Part shown: positions 10,501 through 20,200 of the stretch, in pieces
How the letters are laid out: each line of letters begins with the position of its first letter
Numbering within the stretch: position 1 is the first letter of the stretch
NCBI GenBank assembly: GCA_965228855.1
Contig: CBDDIJ010000003.1
Span: 896,001-960,000 of the forward strand
Reading direction: 5' to 3'
Length of the DNA: 64,000 bases
Origin: Candidatus Obscuribacterales bacterium
GTDB taxonomy: Bacteria > Cyanobacteriota > Vampirovibrionia > Obscuribacterales > Obscuribacteraceae
The notes under the pieces: model-generated
Databases searched by the model: none
What the model was told of the DNA's origin: nothing
Seen by the model: only the letters and a program-made list of their open reading frames with translations
Position numbers and translations under genes: made by a program

Positions 10501-12325
10501 CTTCGACGAAGTGACATCTGATGAACGCGAAGACCTTCGAATGACCGATTTGGAGAGTGTGTTAGATGAGTGCATCGCTGCTTCCTTCCCCGTAAGCAAG
10601 TTGAAATGGCACTACAGAAGTCGGCACGAATCATTGATTGCGTTTTCTAACAAGAAATTCTATGACAGTGAACTTCTTACTTTCCCGGGACCGGACACTG
10701 GTGTTACAGAGCGTGGGCTGACGTTTGAATTTGTTGACGGAACCTACGAGGGGGCGGGAGTCAATCCGAAAGAGGCGTCGGCGATAGCGGACGCGGTTTG
10801 CCACCATGCAAGAACAACGCCGCATCTTTCGTTAGGCGTTGGCACTTTCAACGTAAAACAGATGATTTTGATAAAAGACGAAATCGATCGTCGTCGCCGT
10901 GAAGATCCCTCACTCGAGGCTTTCTTTTCGAAACGAGGCGAGGGCGAGTTCTTCGTTAAAAACCTGGAGACTATTCAGGGCGACGATCGAGATGTGATCT
11001 TCCTTAGTGTGACTTATGGACCCGGTGCCGATGGAAAAGTGCGATACAATTTCGGTCCAATTAACGGTCAAAATGGTTGGAGAAGACTCAACGTAATTTT
11101 GACGCGTTCAAAGCTCCGTATGCGTGTCTTCTCATCGATGCGAGCGGAAGATATCGACTTGTCGCGTGCCTCTACTGATGGTGCTAGGTATTTACGGGAG
11201 TTTCTCCATTTTGCTGAACGGGAAACTTCGATAGTTCAGGACGTGGATCAGACGCAATTAATTGAGACACCGTTTGAGCGAGCTGTTTTCGATGAGCTGA
11301 CAAAGAAAGGTCTGCGTCTGGTTCCTAAAGTAGGGCAGGCTGGATACAAAGTAGACTTCGCTGTCTTTGATGAGGAGTTTCAAGGTCGTTTCGTCATTGG
11401 TATCGAATGTGATGGCGCCACGTATCACAGCGCTGCCACTGCCAGAGATAGAGATAGGCTGCGACAACAGGTTTTGGAAGGTCTGGGTTGGCACCTGATA
11501 CGCATTTGGTCAACAGATTGGTTCCACAATCGGGATGTTCAGATTGCAAGAGTTGTTGATTTCGTCAGCAAGGTCAAAGAAGAGCTGAGAAAAGAGCCTC
11601 CAGCATTACCGCTCATTGATTTTGCACCCACTAAAGAAGATTCTTCCCAGCAATTGGAAAACATCGAATCTGTCGATTCGGCTGCGGCAAAGAATTCCGC
11701 ACCAACTGTGACAAATCAGCATAGTCCAGCGCCAGAGCCAGAACCCCAGCAGCAAGCGTCGGAACGTGAAACAATTGATTCCTATTCGATCACTCCTATC
11801 GAGATATTGGGTGATGCGCAAGCGTTCAACGCCGCGACAGATCAGACAATTGAATCAGTAATTCAAAAGGTGCTCGAGCACGAAGCTCCAATACATGGTG
11901 ACGAACTCAAGAAGCGCGTTGCGGCGCACTGGCAAATTTCGCGTGTTGGCACCAGAATTAGCTCGCGTCTAGACGGAGTTCTAATCGGATTGTTGAAAGC
12001 CAAGCAAGCGTTTTGCCGAGGCGAATTCATATGGAAGGATGAGCCGACCTCGATTGCGCCCAGGTGCCGCCGCAGTGTCGAAGGTTATTCTTTCTCGACA
12101 GAAACTATTCCGCCCGAAGAGCTCGATCAGTGCATCGAGATGATTCTTCGTGATTCAAAAGGACGGACGAAAGAGGAAATCATCTCAGACGTTTCCCGGT
12201 CAATGGGATTTAGAAGAGCCGGACAAAAATTGTCCGACAGTATTTCTCAGAGGATTCAGCGCATGATGGATCAGTCGCTGCTCGAGCCATGCAGCGCAGG
12301 ATTGAGGCTCCCTGTCACGCGATAA
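7526..12325 (+). CDS. DUF4011 + UPF1/DNA2-like SF1 helicase + Vsr-like nuclease + DUF3320 protein
   Basis: N-terminal W..KL.D....NPLLNF and KAPLVLLPV.L.R. Helicase motifs EGPPGTGKSQT, DEASQ, GDPKQLPP, WHYRS and QGDDRD. Nuclease-like IECDGATYHSA..ARDRDRLRQ..LE.LGW..RIWSTDWF. Alternative start at 7547. Confidence 0.9.
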   Translation: MVSSNGQMTDLLSTRLDRWKQKLIDQTLHNPLLNFKPSKLTTISVVDGNPSEVFRALQIQGKSMTFRPAVEGRSVTKRSSVEFSRHGQKPSSSAPFDLDLQTSLSADALNLHLLRIFQKSASLFEEQGFTSLCLSLGMLEWFDAKEGSSILKAPLVLLPVQLERETAGSKFMLKATQDEPVLNPAIFQKLRSSHRLKLPPLPDSFEDFQPLTYFAMFQHAIEQLQNWRVTEDIFLSFFAFQKFVMYRDLEVAEDVYTQHEIIQALGTGKAETSQLESSVGESEHLDQVLKPETTFQVLDADSSQQQAIVAVRSGKNLVIEGPPGTGKSQTITNIIAELLADGKTVLFVSEKIAALEVVFNRLESAGLKDFCLELHSKGTSKKSVYQELQRALDNCRPHDHKEDGDLNRLGLLRSFLNDYAEALHQPYGTLNITPFRAIGEISLLETAPVVNVVFDEISTCQMETLEETCRSFKHHSKLVSEIGPVQTHPWRGSELKKLSAEERDHLYELIGNAHSLLSKLKGKSEKLSDELGAACPGTFAQLEILCEIGSSLVRSPGTSEGLLLNASWNSISPEVATLIERGKHYSDALTSVTECFRQELLDLDFEPFYNSHREKVSKWYRHFVLSYWKERIFFQKRYQQNYKPNSLEQLLSDIEIALACRKSMLHVLEQDRLGHDLFGDKWKDLHSDWNELREFANWIVNVRRFILEDALKPQGIALAASGTKQKDSIEKSVSEIRDLIDTLRVNLSRVCDLAKFDIVRDEIVGPNCNLIELGQRLEGMHQGIRRVHEWISYNLSVDVCKSGFAGIFFDKFSEQNLDATHLEASFRRFFFRRWLDMAFEERPILGRFQPIRHEEFINEFRRLDSRSLELAKQRLRHNVCQRRDQLLKTKSFEDELRILQRQMRSRSKLPLRKLFRQVPSVIKAIKPCFMMSPISAAQFINATSAPFDVVIFDEASQITIEDALGAIVRGRQLIVVGDPKQLPPTDFFLGQTFDEVTSDEREDLRMTDLESVLDECIAASFPVSKLKWHYRSRHESLIAFSNKKFYDSELLTFPGPDTGVTERGLTFEFVDGTYEGAGVNPKEASAIADAVCHHARTTPHLSLGVGTFNVKQMILIKDEIDRRRREDPSLEAFFSKRGEGEFFVKNLETIQGDDRDVIFLSVTYGPGADGKVRYNFGPINGQNGWRRLNVILTRSKLRMRVFSSMRAEDIDLSRASTDGARYLREFLHFAERETSIVQDVDQTQLIETPFERAVFDELTKKGLRLVPKVGQAGYKVDFAVFDEEFQGRFVIGIECDGATYHSAATARDRDRLRQQVLEGLGWHLIRIWSTDWFHNRDVQIARVVDFVSKVKEELRKEPPALPLIDFAPTKEDSSQQLENIESVDSAAAKNSAPTVTNQHSPAPEPEPQQQASERETIDSYSITPIEILGDAQAFNAATDQTIESVIQKVLEHEAPIHGDELKKRVAAHWQISRVGTRISSRLDGVLIGLLKAKQAFCRGEFIWKDEPTSIAPRCRRSVEGYSFSTETIPPEELDQCIEMILRDSKGRTKEEIISDVSRSMGFRRAGQKLSDSISQRIQRMMDQSLLEPCSAGLRLPVTR

Positions 12326-12398
12326 TTCTTGTTGCTCTCTTTGCTGAGGAGCTTCGGGCATGTCGAAGGAAACGCAAACGGTCCTCTGCGAAGAACTG

Positions 12399-12710
12399 CT
12401 AGAACACTTTGTTCCAAACTTTCTTGGTCTCTTTCACGCCTTTTTTGATGCCACCATCGGTTTCTTTGAGTCCCTTTTTGACTCCACCTTCGGTGACTTT
12501 GACGCCTTTCTTTACTCCGCCCTCAGTTACTCGAAGACCTTTCTTGGTTCCGCCTACGGTGACACTGACTCCCTTTTTGACACCGCGTTCGCTGGCTCCG
12601 ACTGCCTTCTTCACTGCGCCGGCATGCGCAGGAAGGCTAGACGAAACTGACAGTAGTACCGCAAATAATCCAACGGTTAACACTGAGGGTTGAAGGAGTT
12701 TGTAGTTCAT
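12399..12710 (-). CDS. Small secreted cationic protein with 11-residue repeats
   Basis: Signal peptide ending PAHA, followed by six GGVKKGVKVTE-like units. Confidence 0.75.
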   Translation of the reverse strand: MNYKLLQPSVLTVGLFAVLLSVSSSLPAHAGAVKKAVGASERGVKKGVSVTVGGTKKGLRVTEGGVKKGVKVTEGGVKKGLKETDGGIKKGVKETKKVWNKVF

Positions 12711-12781
12711 TATTGGGACCTTCAGGAAAGCTCTCTTCGTCCAATTTTAACATGGTTCTGAATTGGCCCGAACCGGCAGGT

Positions 12782-14026
12782 TCAATCCGGAGACGCTGCC
12801 AAAATCATCGAAGTGTTTGTACCGCCGAATCCAAAGCTGTTATTCATTACGATCTTGGGCGCGAAGTGCGCGTCTGTGACTGAAGGTATTTTAAATTCGA
12901 ATTCCGGACATGGGGAAGTAAGGTTGTGTGCCGGAGCTATAAACTGATGTTTCATCATGAGAACACAAAACACCGCCTCGACAGCACCGGCTGCGCCGCA
13001 AAGATGACCGGTCAGGCTCTTGGTGCTCGAAACAAATGTTTTCGTAGAGTGCTCTTTGAGTGCTTGTTTTATCGCGATGGCTTCAGTTCGGTCTCCCTGC
13101 GGTGTGCTTGTTGCATGCGCATTGATATAGTCAATACTGCTCGCGTCAAGCTCTGCCTCATCCAACGCTTCTTGCATTGCCATCAACGCACCGGCGCCTT
13201 CCGGCTGTGGGTCAGTGACATGATAGCCGTCGGAGGCAGTGCCAAAGCCTAGAATTTCCGCGTAGATTTTTGCACCACGCGCAATCGCGGAATTAAACTC
13301 TTCGAGAACCAAAATTGCTGCACCTTCTCCAAGGACAAAACCGTCTCTTTGAGAGTCAAACGGTCTGGACGCATCTTGATACTCCTCGTTTCGCTTCGAA
13401 AGTGTTCTGGCAGCAGCAAAGCCCGATATGCTCAGAACTGAAATCGGGGCTTCAGCACCTCCAGTCAGCCAAACTGTACGACGGCCAGTCTGTATTTCTC
13501 GGAATGCCTGACCGATGGCTTGGGAACCGCTAGCGCACGCAGAAGAGATTGCGTAGTTAGGACCGGTGATACCGTATTTGATGCTAATTTGTCCGCTTGC
13601 GAGATTAGAGAGGATAGATGGCACGAAGAATGGTCCGATTTTTCGGTTTCCGCGAATCTGGAGCGCAGATTCCTCTATGGTTCGCAGTCCGCCCAATCCA
13701 ACACCAAGCGAAATTCCTGCGTGCTTGAGTAGCTCTGGCGACAGGACCGAGTCTTCTACAGCTAGCTGGCTGGCAGCCAAAGCGAGTTGAATAAAGCGGT
13801 CGTTTCGTCGAATGGCTTTGCTATCCAGGAAATCTGTAGCATCAAAGTCAGATATCTCTCCTGCAAAGGTCACCGGCAAATCTTTCGTGTCAATCTGCGT
13901 AATCGGCTTGATTCCGCTTCTCGCGCCACGGAGGCTTGCAACGATATCGTCGTTTGTCGAGCCAATGGGTGTGACGGCGCCTACGCCAGTAATAACTACT
14001 CTTTTCAGGGTTCTCATATGTGCCAA
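12782..14026 (-). CDS. fabF: Beta-ketoacyl-ACP synthase II
   Basis: RVVITGVG; catalytic Cys in SSACASG; INAHATST; STKSLTGH; NSFGFGGTN. Start is either 14017 (ATG) or 14026. Confidence 0.93.
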   Translation of the reverse strand: MAHMRTLKRVVITGVGAVTPIGSTNDDIVASLRGARSGIKPITQIDTKDLPVTFAGEISDFDATDFLDSKAIRRNDRFIQLALAASQLAVEDSVLSPELLKHAGISLGVGLGGLRTIEESALQIRGNRKIGPFFVPSILSNLASGQISIKYGITGPNYAISSACASGSQAIGQAFREIQTGRRTVWLTGGAEAPISVLSISGFAAARTLSKRNEEYQDASRPFDSQRDGFVLGEGAAILVLEEFNSAIARGAKIYAEILGFGTASDGYHVTDPQPEGAGALMAMQEALDEAELDASSIDYINAHATSTPQGDRTEAIAIKQALKEHSTKTFVSSTKSLTGHLCGAAGAVEAVFCVLMMKHQFIAPAHNLTSPCPEFEFKIPSVTDAHFAPKIVMNNSFGFGGTNTSMILAASPD

Positions 14027-14092
14027 CCAAGGTGAAGTCGAGAAGGTGATCGCGATAAGATCGCATGCTCCGAAGTCCGGAAGGTAATGGGC

Positions 14093-15469
14093 TTACGAAA
14101 CGAAGCACTTACCAAACATAAGCAGGAGTCTGGGAGACCCTTTCAGTTTGATTTTTCCTGTGAGCAGAGCCAACGGCAGGTAGGTTCGGTTTGACAGGAA
14201 CTTCAACCATGCGGCACTATCGGCGGTGACAATAAGGTTGGCTTTTTCTGCTACACCATCTGTCACACTGACACGTTGATTCTTGATTGTGACGATGGCT
14301 TCACGCTGTTCCTTACCTGTGAATTTAAACTGGTACGTGACGTCAAGCCCTTTTGCCTGTTCTGGTTGGAATATTCTGCGCATGCCCGTCAAAAATCCGT
14401 TAATGCTTTGAGGCCTTATGCCGTTGTGGACGCGCTTAACTGTCTTGTGCGGAAATCGTTTCTGCACATATGTTTCAGCGTCTGAGCCAGGAACAACGTA
14501 AATTGTTTCCCTTTTGTCCTGAAGAGGTTTAAGAACTTCTTTGACAAAATCCTGTCGGCGCTCCAGAAATGGTGCAATCACATCTTCCCCTGCCGGACAT
14601 GTCGCCATGCAGTATGCCGCCTTGTAATTGGCTCCGAATGATAAGCTCTGCCACATTGAGACATTCTCGCCTAGAGAGACCTTCTCACGGAAATCTTCTG
14701 GAGTTTTACTTTCAATCACGTTGTCGACCCAGTTCTGGAAGCCTCCGAGAAATTCTCGATAATTGTGCGTCAGGCACGCCGAGCCGTTGAAATAGCCATC
14801 AGGTGCGATTGCCCCGACAGGACACGCAGCAACACACAACTTGCAGCTTAAGCATGGGTTGTAATCGATGGGCTTCGTATAGGACGTAAGTGGCGTGTCG
14901 AGCAAAATAGTACCAAGCAAAATAAAGTTGCCGAACTTGGGATGGATGACATTTCGGTGGATGCCCATCTTGCCGGTTCCGGCTGCCTCCGCAACGATCT
15001 TGTGTGCAATCAGCCAGATCCGCTCTGGAAATTTATGGATCTCCATAGGAAAGCCCATCGTGACGTTGATGGCTCTGATGCCATGATCCTCTAACTGTCG
15101 GACGATTCGCCTGGCAATGTCATCGACATCGTGTCCGGCATGATGGAACTCGGTGTTGGCTATTGACCGGGCGGGATTTCTGACATCGTCCCGGTTCATC
15201 CTGCAGACAATGCTGACCAGTGACTTTGTGTGTGGAAAACATTCTAGAATCTTATCTCGCTCGGCCCCGAGTCCCTGGCTCTCGATTGGAATGAAACCGA
15301 CGTCGTCGGCACCTATTTCGAGGCACAATTCACGAAGCCACGCGGTGTCAAGACTTGTTGGCTTGTTATTGTTTGCTGAGCTATTTGATAGATAGTTCTT
15401 TACCGTTGGGTGGTCAGCAAATTGTTTAACTGTTTGCTGGAGTTGTTTTGCGTCTTCTTTTAAACTCAT
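14093..15469 (-). CDS. QueG/reductive-dehalogenase-like 4Fe-4S protein fused to a C-terminal SCP2 lipid-binding domain
   Basis: GADDVGF; HKIVAEAAGTGKMGIHRNVIHPKFG; CLSCKLCVAACP; YCMATCP. The C-terminal YQFKFTG...ADSAAWLKFL...ALLTGKIKLKGS is typical of SCP2. Confidence 0.8.
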   Translation of the reverse strand: MSLKEDAKQLQQTVKQFADHPTVKNYLSNSSANNNKPTSLDTAWLRELCLEIGADDVGFIPIESQGLGAERDKILECFPHTKSLVSIVCRMNRDDVRNPARSIANTEFHHAGHDVDDIARRIVRQLEDHGIRAINVTMGFPMEIHKFPERIWLIAHKIVAEAAGTGKMGIHRNVIHPKFGNFILLGTILLDTPLTSYTKPIDYNPCLSCKLCVAACPVGAIAPDGYFNGSACLTHNYREFLGGFQNWVDNVIESKTPEDFREKVSLGENVSMWQSLSFGANYKAAYCMATCPAGEDVIAPFLERRQDFVKEVLKPLQDKRETIYVVPGSDAETYVQKRFPHKTVKRVHNGIRPQSINGFLTGMRRIFQPEQAKGLDVTYQFKFTGKEQREAIVTIKNQRVSVTDGVAEKANLIVTADSAAWLKFLSNRTYLPLALLTGKIKLKGSPRLLLMFGKCFVS

Positions 15470-15486
15470 AAATTAGCCTTTGATGC

Positions 15487-15498
15487 GTGTATCTGCAC
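15487..15498. promoter_or_regulatory. Putative MarR operator upstream of the QueG-like/SCP2 gene
   Basis: Imperfect palindrome GTGTATCTGCAC, 10/12 identical to the box at 15986-15997. Confidence 0.5.
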
Positions 15499-15515
15499 CT
15501 ATTGGGGAAAGAAAA

Positions 15516-15980
15516 TTACTGGATTGATGCCAAAGTCGTGACGACAGCAAGTTTCTTAGATAGCTCTGACCAATTTTGCTTTCCTAACCGTGCTAGCAGG
15601 GAATTTTGGGCTTCTTCCCACAAAGGAAACGCCTTAAGCAGTATGTCTCTTCCTGACTGGGTTACTTTCAATAGTTTGACTCGTTTATCTTTGCCTTGTT
15701 CAACTTCAGCCAAGCCGTTCTTGACGAGAACATCCACATTGCGGGTAAGGGTCGTTCTGTCCATTACGAGTTCCTCCGCCAAAGTGCTCACAGAAACCGG
15801 TCCAGCAATCGACAAGGAAACGAGAAGAGTTAATTGGGTGACCTTGAGCCCGCACTCCTCCAGTGCAGCATCGTAGTACTGCGTTATCGCTCTCGATGCC
15901 TTTCTCAATTTAAAGCATGCGCAGTTTAATGCAATCTGTCGGGCTTGGCTATCCAGAGTGTTTTTTTGCGAGTTGTCCAT
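15516..15980 (-). CDS. MarR-family transcriptional regulator
   Basis: CACFKLRKASRAITQYYD, DRTTLTR and DKR winged-helix motifs. Likely start is ATG 15980. Confidence 0.9.
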   Translation of the reverse strand: MDNSQKNTLDSQARQIALNCACFKLRKASRAITQYYDAALEECGLKVTQLTLLVSLSIAGPVSVSTLAEELVMDRTTLTRNVDVLVKNGLAEVEQGKDKRVKLLKVTQSGRDILLKAFPLWEEAQNSLLARLGKQNWSELSKKLAVVTTLASIQ

Positions 15981-15985
15981 AATGG

Positions 15986-15997
15986 GAGTATATGCAC
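15986..15997. promoter_or_regulatory. Putative MarR autoregulatory operator
   Basis: Imperfect palindrome GAGTATATGCAC, 5 nt upstream of the marR start codon. Confidence 0.5.
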
Positions 15998-16216
15998 GCA
16001 AGTTGATTTTGTCAAATATCGGTGTCCAGGCATCGTGGTTATTGCGATGACGATTCCACCACCGCCGTGAAATTCCGAACTCGGAATTCTACAAGAGTCC
16101 GTCCGCATGCACGAGAGTTATTTGAGCGCCGTTGTCCCATCTAGAGCCTTCGGTAAAGTGCGCGTCGTCCCATTTCAATATGATCATGAATCGGATGGAA
16201 CCGGCGCGGCATATCG

Positions 16217-16864
16217 CTAAATGCGAACAATGACGTCTTCAGCCTGGAATCGCACTTTCGGAGCCTGAGCGTACTTATCATCCGAGGCTCTATAGCCTAC
16301 CGGGCAAATCACTACTGAATGGCAGCCCAGTTTTTCGAGTCCAAGAATTTTGTCATATGCTGCCGCATCGAAACCTTCCATGGGGCAGGCGTCAACTCCA
16401 AGGTGCGCAGCCGCTGTAAGCAGGGTGCCCAGGGCGATGTAGCACTGTTTCGCCGCCCAAGTTTCTTTGTCTTTTGAGTTACTCAGAAACCCTTTAATCA
16501 TGGCTGAATATGACGCGAGTGAATCGACGGTGACACCGCGAGTAGTGGCAGATGCATTGAGAAATTTATCTACAAACGCCTCGTCGAGTTCGGCAATCCT
16601 GCAAATCACAACGAGGTGCGAGCAGTCCTGTGGTTGCATTTGTCCCCACGAAACCGCCGGCAGCTGTTTCTTAATTTCCGGATCCGATACAACAACAAAC
16701 TTCCACGGCTGCAGACCGAAGCTGGAGGCGCTAAGACGAAGTGCTTCCAACAGTTTTGCCAGCGTTTCGTCATCCAGCTTTTTCTCGCTGTCAAACTTCT
16801 TGGTGGCGTAGCGCCAGTTCAAACTGTCGACTATCTCCGGAAGCACTTTTCTTGCATCAGTCAT
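16217..16864 (-). CDS. NfsB-like NAD(P)H-dependent nitroreductase
   Basis: WRYATKKFD, SASSFGLQPW, CPMEGFD and KVR motifs. GAGGA RBS before ATG 16864. Confidence 0.92.
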   Translation of the reverse strand: MTDARKVLPEIVDSLNWRYATKKFDSEKKLDDETLAKLLEALRLSASSFGLQPWKFVVVSDPEIKKQLPAVSWGQMQPQDCSHLVVICRIAELDEAFVDKFLNASATTRGVTVDSLASYSAMIKGFLSNSKDKETWAAKQCYIALGTLLTAAAHLGVDACPMEGFDAAAYDKILGLEKLGCHSVVICPVGYRASDDKYAQAPKVRFQAEDVIVRI

Positions 16865-17243
16865 CGACGATTCCTCATTCTTTGTGTAAGCGCAATTTCT
16901 CCCTGCGCCGAGAAAGATTATGACGGCAGAGCGCCCCCAATTGCTACCGCGTGTATTGATTTTGTAATCTCGAAAAACAGTAACCGTCAGGCGTTCACTC
17001 TGAATCTCATGCAGCCCTAAACGAGCTCTAAGCGGATGTGACATCTCTTAAGTGATCGTTTCGAGTAACTTTCTGATAAAGTTATGTCTTGCCTTTGTTC
17101 CTGGAAAATAAGGGCGCCTCACGAACGCAATAAAGCAGACTTAGTGGACGGTGCGATAAATCGTTCTTTGAGTTCGTTCGCAAAAGTTTCGAAATAGATT
17201 TCCACAATTTAAATCGCAGAATCATATTGAAGGAGTTAGTTGA

Positions 17244-20200
17244 ATGAATCCGCAGTCCTCCGGAACTCCGACACATAGCATGCTTGGTGCCTCGCTCTTA
17301 GCGTGTTTACTTTCCCTCGTAGGTTCTGCTGCGCAAGCCAATCCGGGTAGAGGCGAAGACCTGTCAATTGGTCTTGCAGCCAGAGAGGCTCTGAAACTTG
17401 ATCGCCATGAAGCTCGCCTGGAGCGGCGCGAGTCTCGTATCGAGCGAGCCCTGGGCAAAGATTCATCTTCGTTCGCTCAGATGCAACGCCCCAGCAATGT
17501 TCAGTTCGCGCGACCTAACGGTGCTCGCCAACATAACGAGCTGCGTGGGATGTCTGGTGTCACTTCTTCTCTCCGTCGAGCTGAATTGTCTGGTCTGCCC
17601 GGACAGATTTCGCCCTTTAGCACCTCTAGACCAACCACCGGCAGAAGCACTTTTGACACCGAGCGAGGAAACTCTAAGCTAATTAACAGGGGACTTTCGC
17701 TCGATTTGTCGTCGACAAAGGCGAACATAACGCTAGGCGAGAACCTATTTGATGGCACTGTCACGCTTGTGATTGCAGGAGAGGAAAAGCAATTCTCAGC
17801 CGGGAGTAAAGCTACCCCTGCCGAGTTCGCCGCGATCAATCAGAAGCTTGCGACGGGTAATCAGTCTCTGACCTTGTCTGTTGGTGGCGCCGCCAGTGGT
17901 GGCAGCCTGAATCTCAATTTGGTTAGTGATAATGGCTCAACTATTAAGGCGTCAGAGTTAGTCGTACCGCAAAATGTAACGGTAGAGGGTGACTTTGGTC
18001 GGACGGCCGATGGAGTACGAGTAAACAAAGACCTCGTCAATTACGGATCTATTGTTGCGTCGTCAGCAAGCGGTGTGAGAAACACGGCGGTGATTGGTGC
18101 CAGAGACATCGTTAATGCTGAAGGCGGTTCAATAGTTTCTGTTTCCAGCCCGTCCAATCCAAACCTAAACCTTGCTCTACGTGCTGCTCGAGATCTGACC
18201 AATTCTGGTGAGATTAATAGCTCCGGTGACCTGGAACTCGCTGCGGGACGAGCAATCACCAACGTCTCTAAAGGAGTTATCGGGGCAAATGGAAACGTCC
18301 TTTTCAACGCTCCCTCGATAAACAATCAGGGCCTGATAATTGGGCAAAGCGACATCACCTTTGCGGGTCCATCGACCGAGGCTCTTACAGTAAACAATTT
18401 TGGTGGAACGGTAAGCGCCCAGAATGGCAGCATAAATCTTCGTGAAACTGATTACATTGGAACGGGAAACAGCATCATATATGGTGGCGACCTGCTATCG
18501 AAACAGCTAAATATTAACGCTGGTCAAGCCACTGGCGATGTCGTGGCAAATGACGTCACCGGTACCGTTAACTCGTCAGGTTTAGCCGCTCATGTCAGCG
18601 TTGATACTGATACGCTGGTGCTTGGAACACAATGCTTGACCGGTGACCCCACCTATTACAACACTGGCGATATCTTAATAAATGGTAGTATCTCAGTCGC
18701 AGAAGACCTCACTATTATTGCTGGACGCGATATTAGTTCTGTTTTTGGAATCACCCTTGTCGCGGTTGATGGCGCCGGCGCTGGAAAAGATATAACGCTG
18801 ATCGCCGGGGCGAATATCACGGCAGGTTCAGGACAATTGCCTCCAGCTGGAGGTCCGGCAAACTTGGCTAGCGGCGCACAGCAGGCTTTGTCAAACGTGA
18901 CGGTTTCCGGCGCCTCCGCGACGGGCGGAAATATCGTTTTGGGTAGTTCCAACTACATAAGCTCGCAAAGTAACCTCGTGACTAATGAAGATGGTGGAGA
19001 CGTTACATTAATCGCGTACTCCAACGGAAATTCACTCAAAGGACAGATTGGACCGAACTCCATTGTTATTGAAGCTCACGGGCATGGCAGCGGTAATAAC
19101 GGCAATGTCACCATTATTGGACAAGGCTCCGTTTCAATTGGTCAGATATTTTCGTACGAGGGGAACGGAACTGCGCCGGGAACTGGAACGGTATTGGTTG
19201 CTGTCGCTCCGCCGACAACAAGTGATGGTTTGCCGATCACCTATGCCACCGATGGTAGTATCGCTAGCGGAAATAGATTCGTGCCTGTTAACAGTCCTGG
19301 CAACTTAAATGCGCAGGTTTTACTTGGCCCCGTGCTTGCCAGCGGCAATGTCTCAATCATTGGCTCCTACGATATCGTGTTGGGCACCGTTGCCAGTTAT
19401 AGCGGCGATATCTCTCTTCAAACTGATAATGGCAGGTTGTTCTTCAACACAGGCGCCATACTGACTGCTGACAGTATCAGTGCCTACTCAAGTGGTATTC
19501 AGAATGTAGCTGGTACTTTCAATGCCAATCAGGTTCAGCTGAAGAGCGGAAGTAATATCACTTTTGATCAAACAACGATTAACGCTGACTCGGTAACTCT
19601 TCTTTCCAATCAGAATCTGGTGCTTAGCAATTCCACTATCAATGCCAGGGAAGGACTTCTTGCGGTTGCAGGTCAGTCAATTACTGGAGACGCCGGAGAA
19701 TGGAGTCATTTAAACGGAAGTACATCGGGCGATGCCGCCAATATCGCGTTGTTTGCCGGAGCGAGCTGGACAGACAATGGTGCAACGGTGACAATCGGTG
19801 GCTCGTCCGCCACCGGCGGCTCAATAGTCGGTGATTCACTTCAGACTATAACAACGAGCAGCACGGGCGGCGGTAGCGCTGGGGCGATCACCATGGTCGC
19901 ATTCGCACAACCAAGTAACAGTACTTCCGGTAGGGTGACGCCACAAGCGGTGACCGAGATCACTGCCAAAGGGTCAGGTGGATTGAATGGCGATGTGACA
20001 ATAGTCGCTGACGGAACCGGGAACTCTATAATAATTGATTCAATCGACGTTACCGGTGGCACTGCAGGCGGTGCCATTACCTTGTCGGTGACGAATCCCA
20101 ACGTGGGTTCAGTAAGTCCAATAAACAAGAGCGACGCTACCTATTCCGGCTCATTTGCCGGCTCCGCTCAAGGAGCTGGAGCAATCCAGGTCCTCGGTGA

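Noticed and set aside
12736..12751. Further copy of the 16-bp motif (TTCGTCCAATTTTAAC)
   Set aside because: It resembles only the weak 38870 copy, lies in the opposite orientation relative to its gene, and could be chance.
14093..15469. Calling this gene queG or rdhA
   Set aside because: The SCP2 fusion, the altered second Fe-S motif and the lack of a Tat signal or rdhB anchor do not fit either canonical enzyme.
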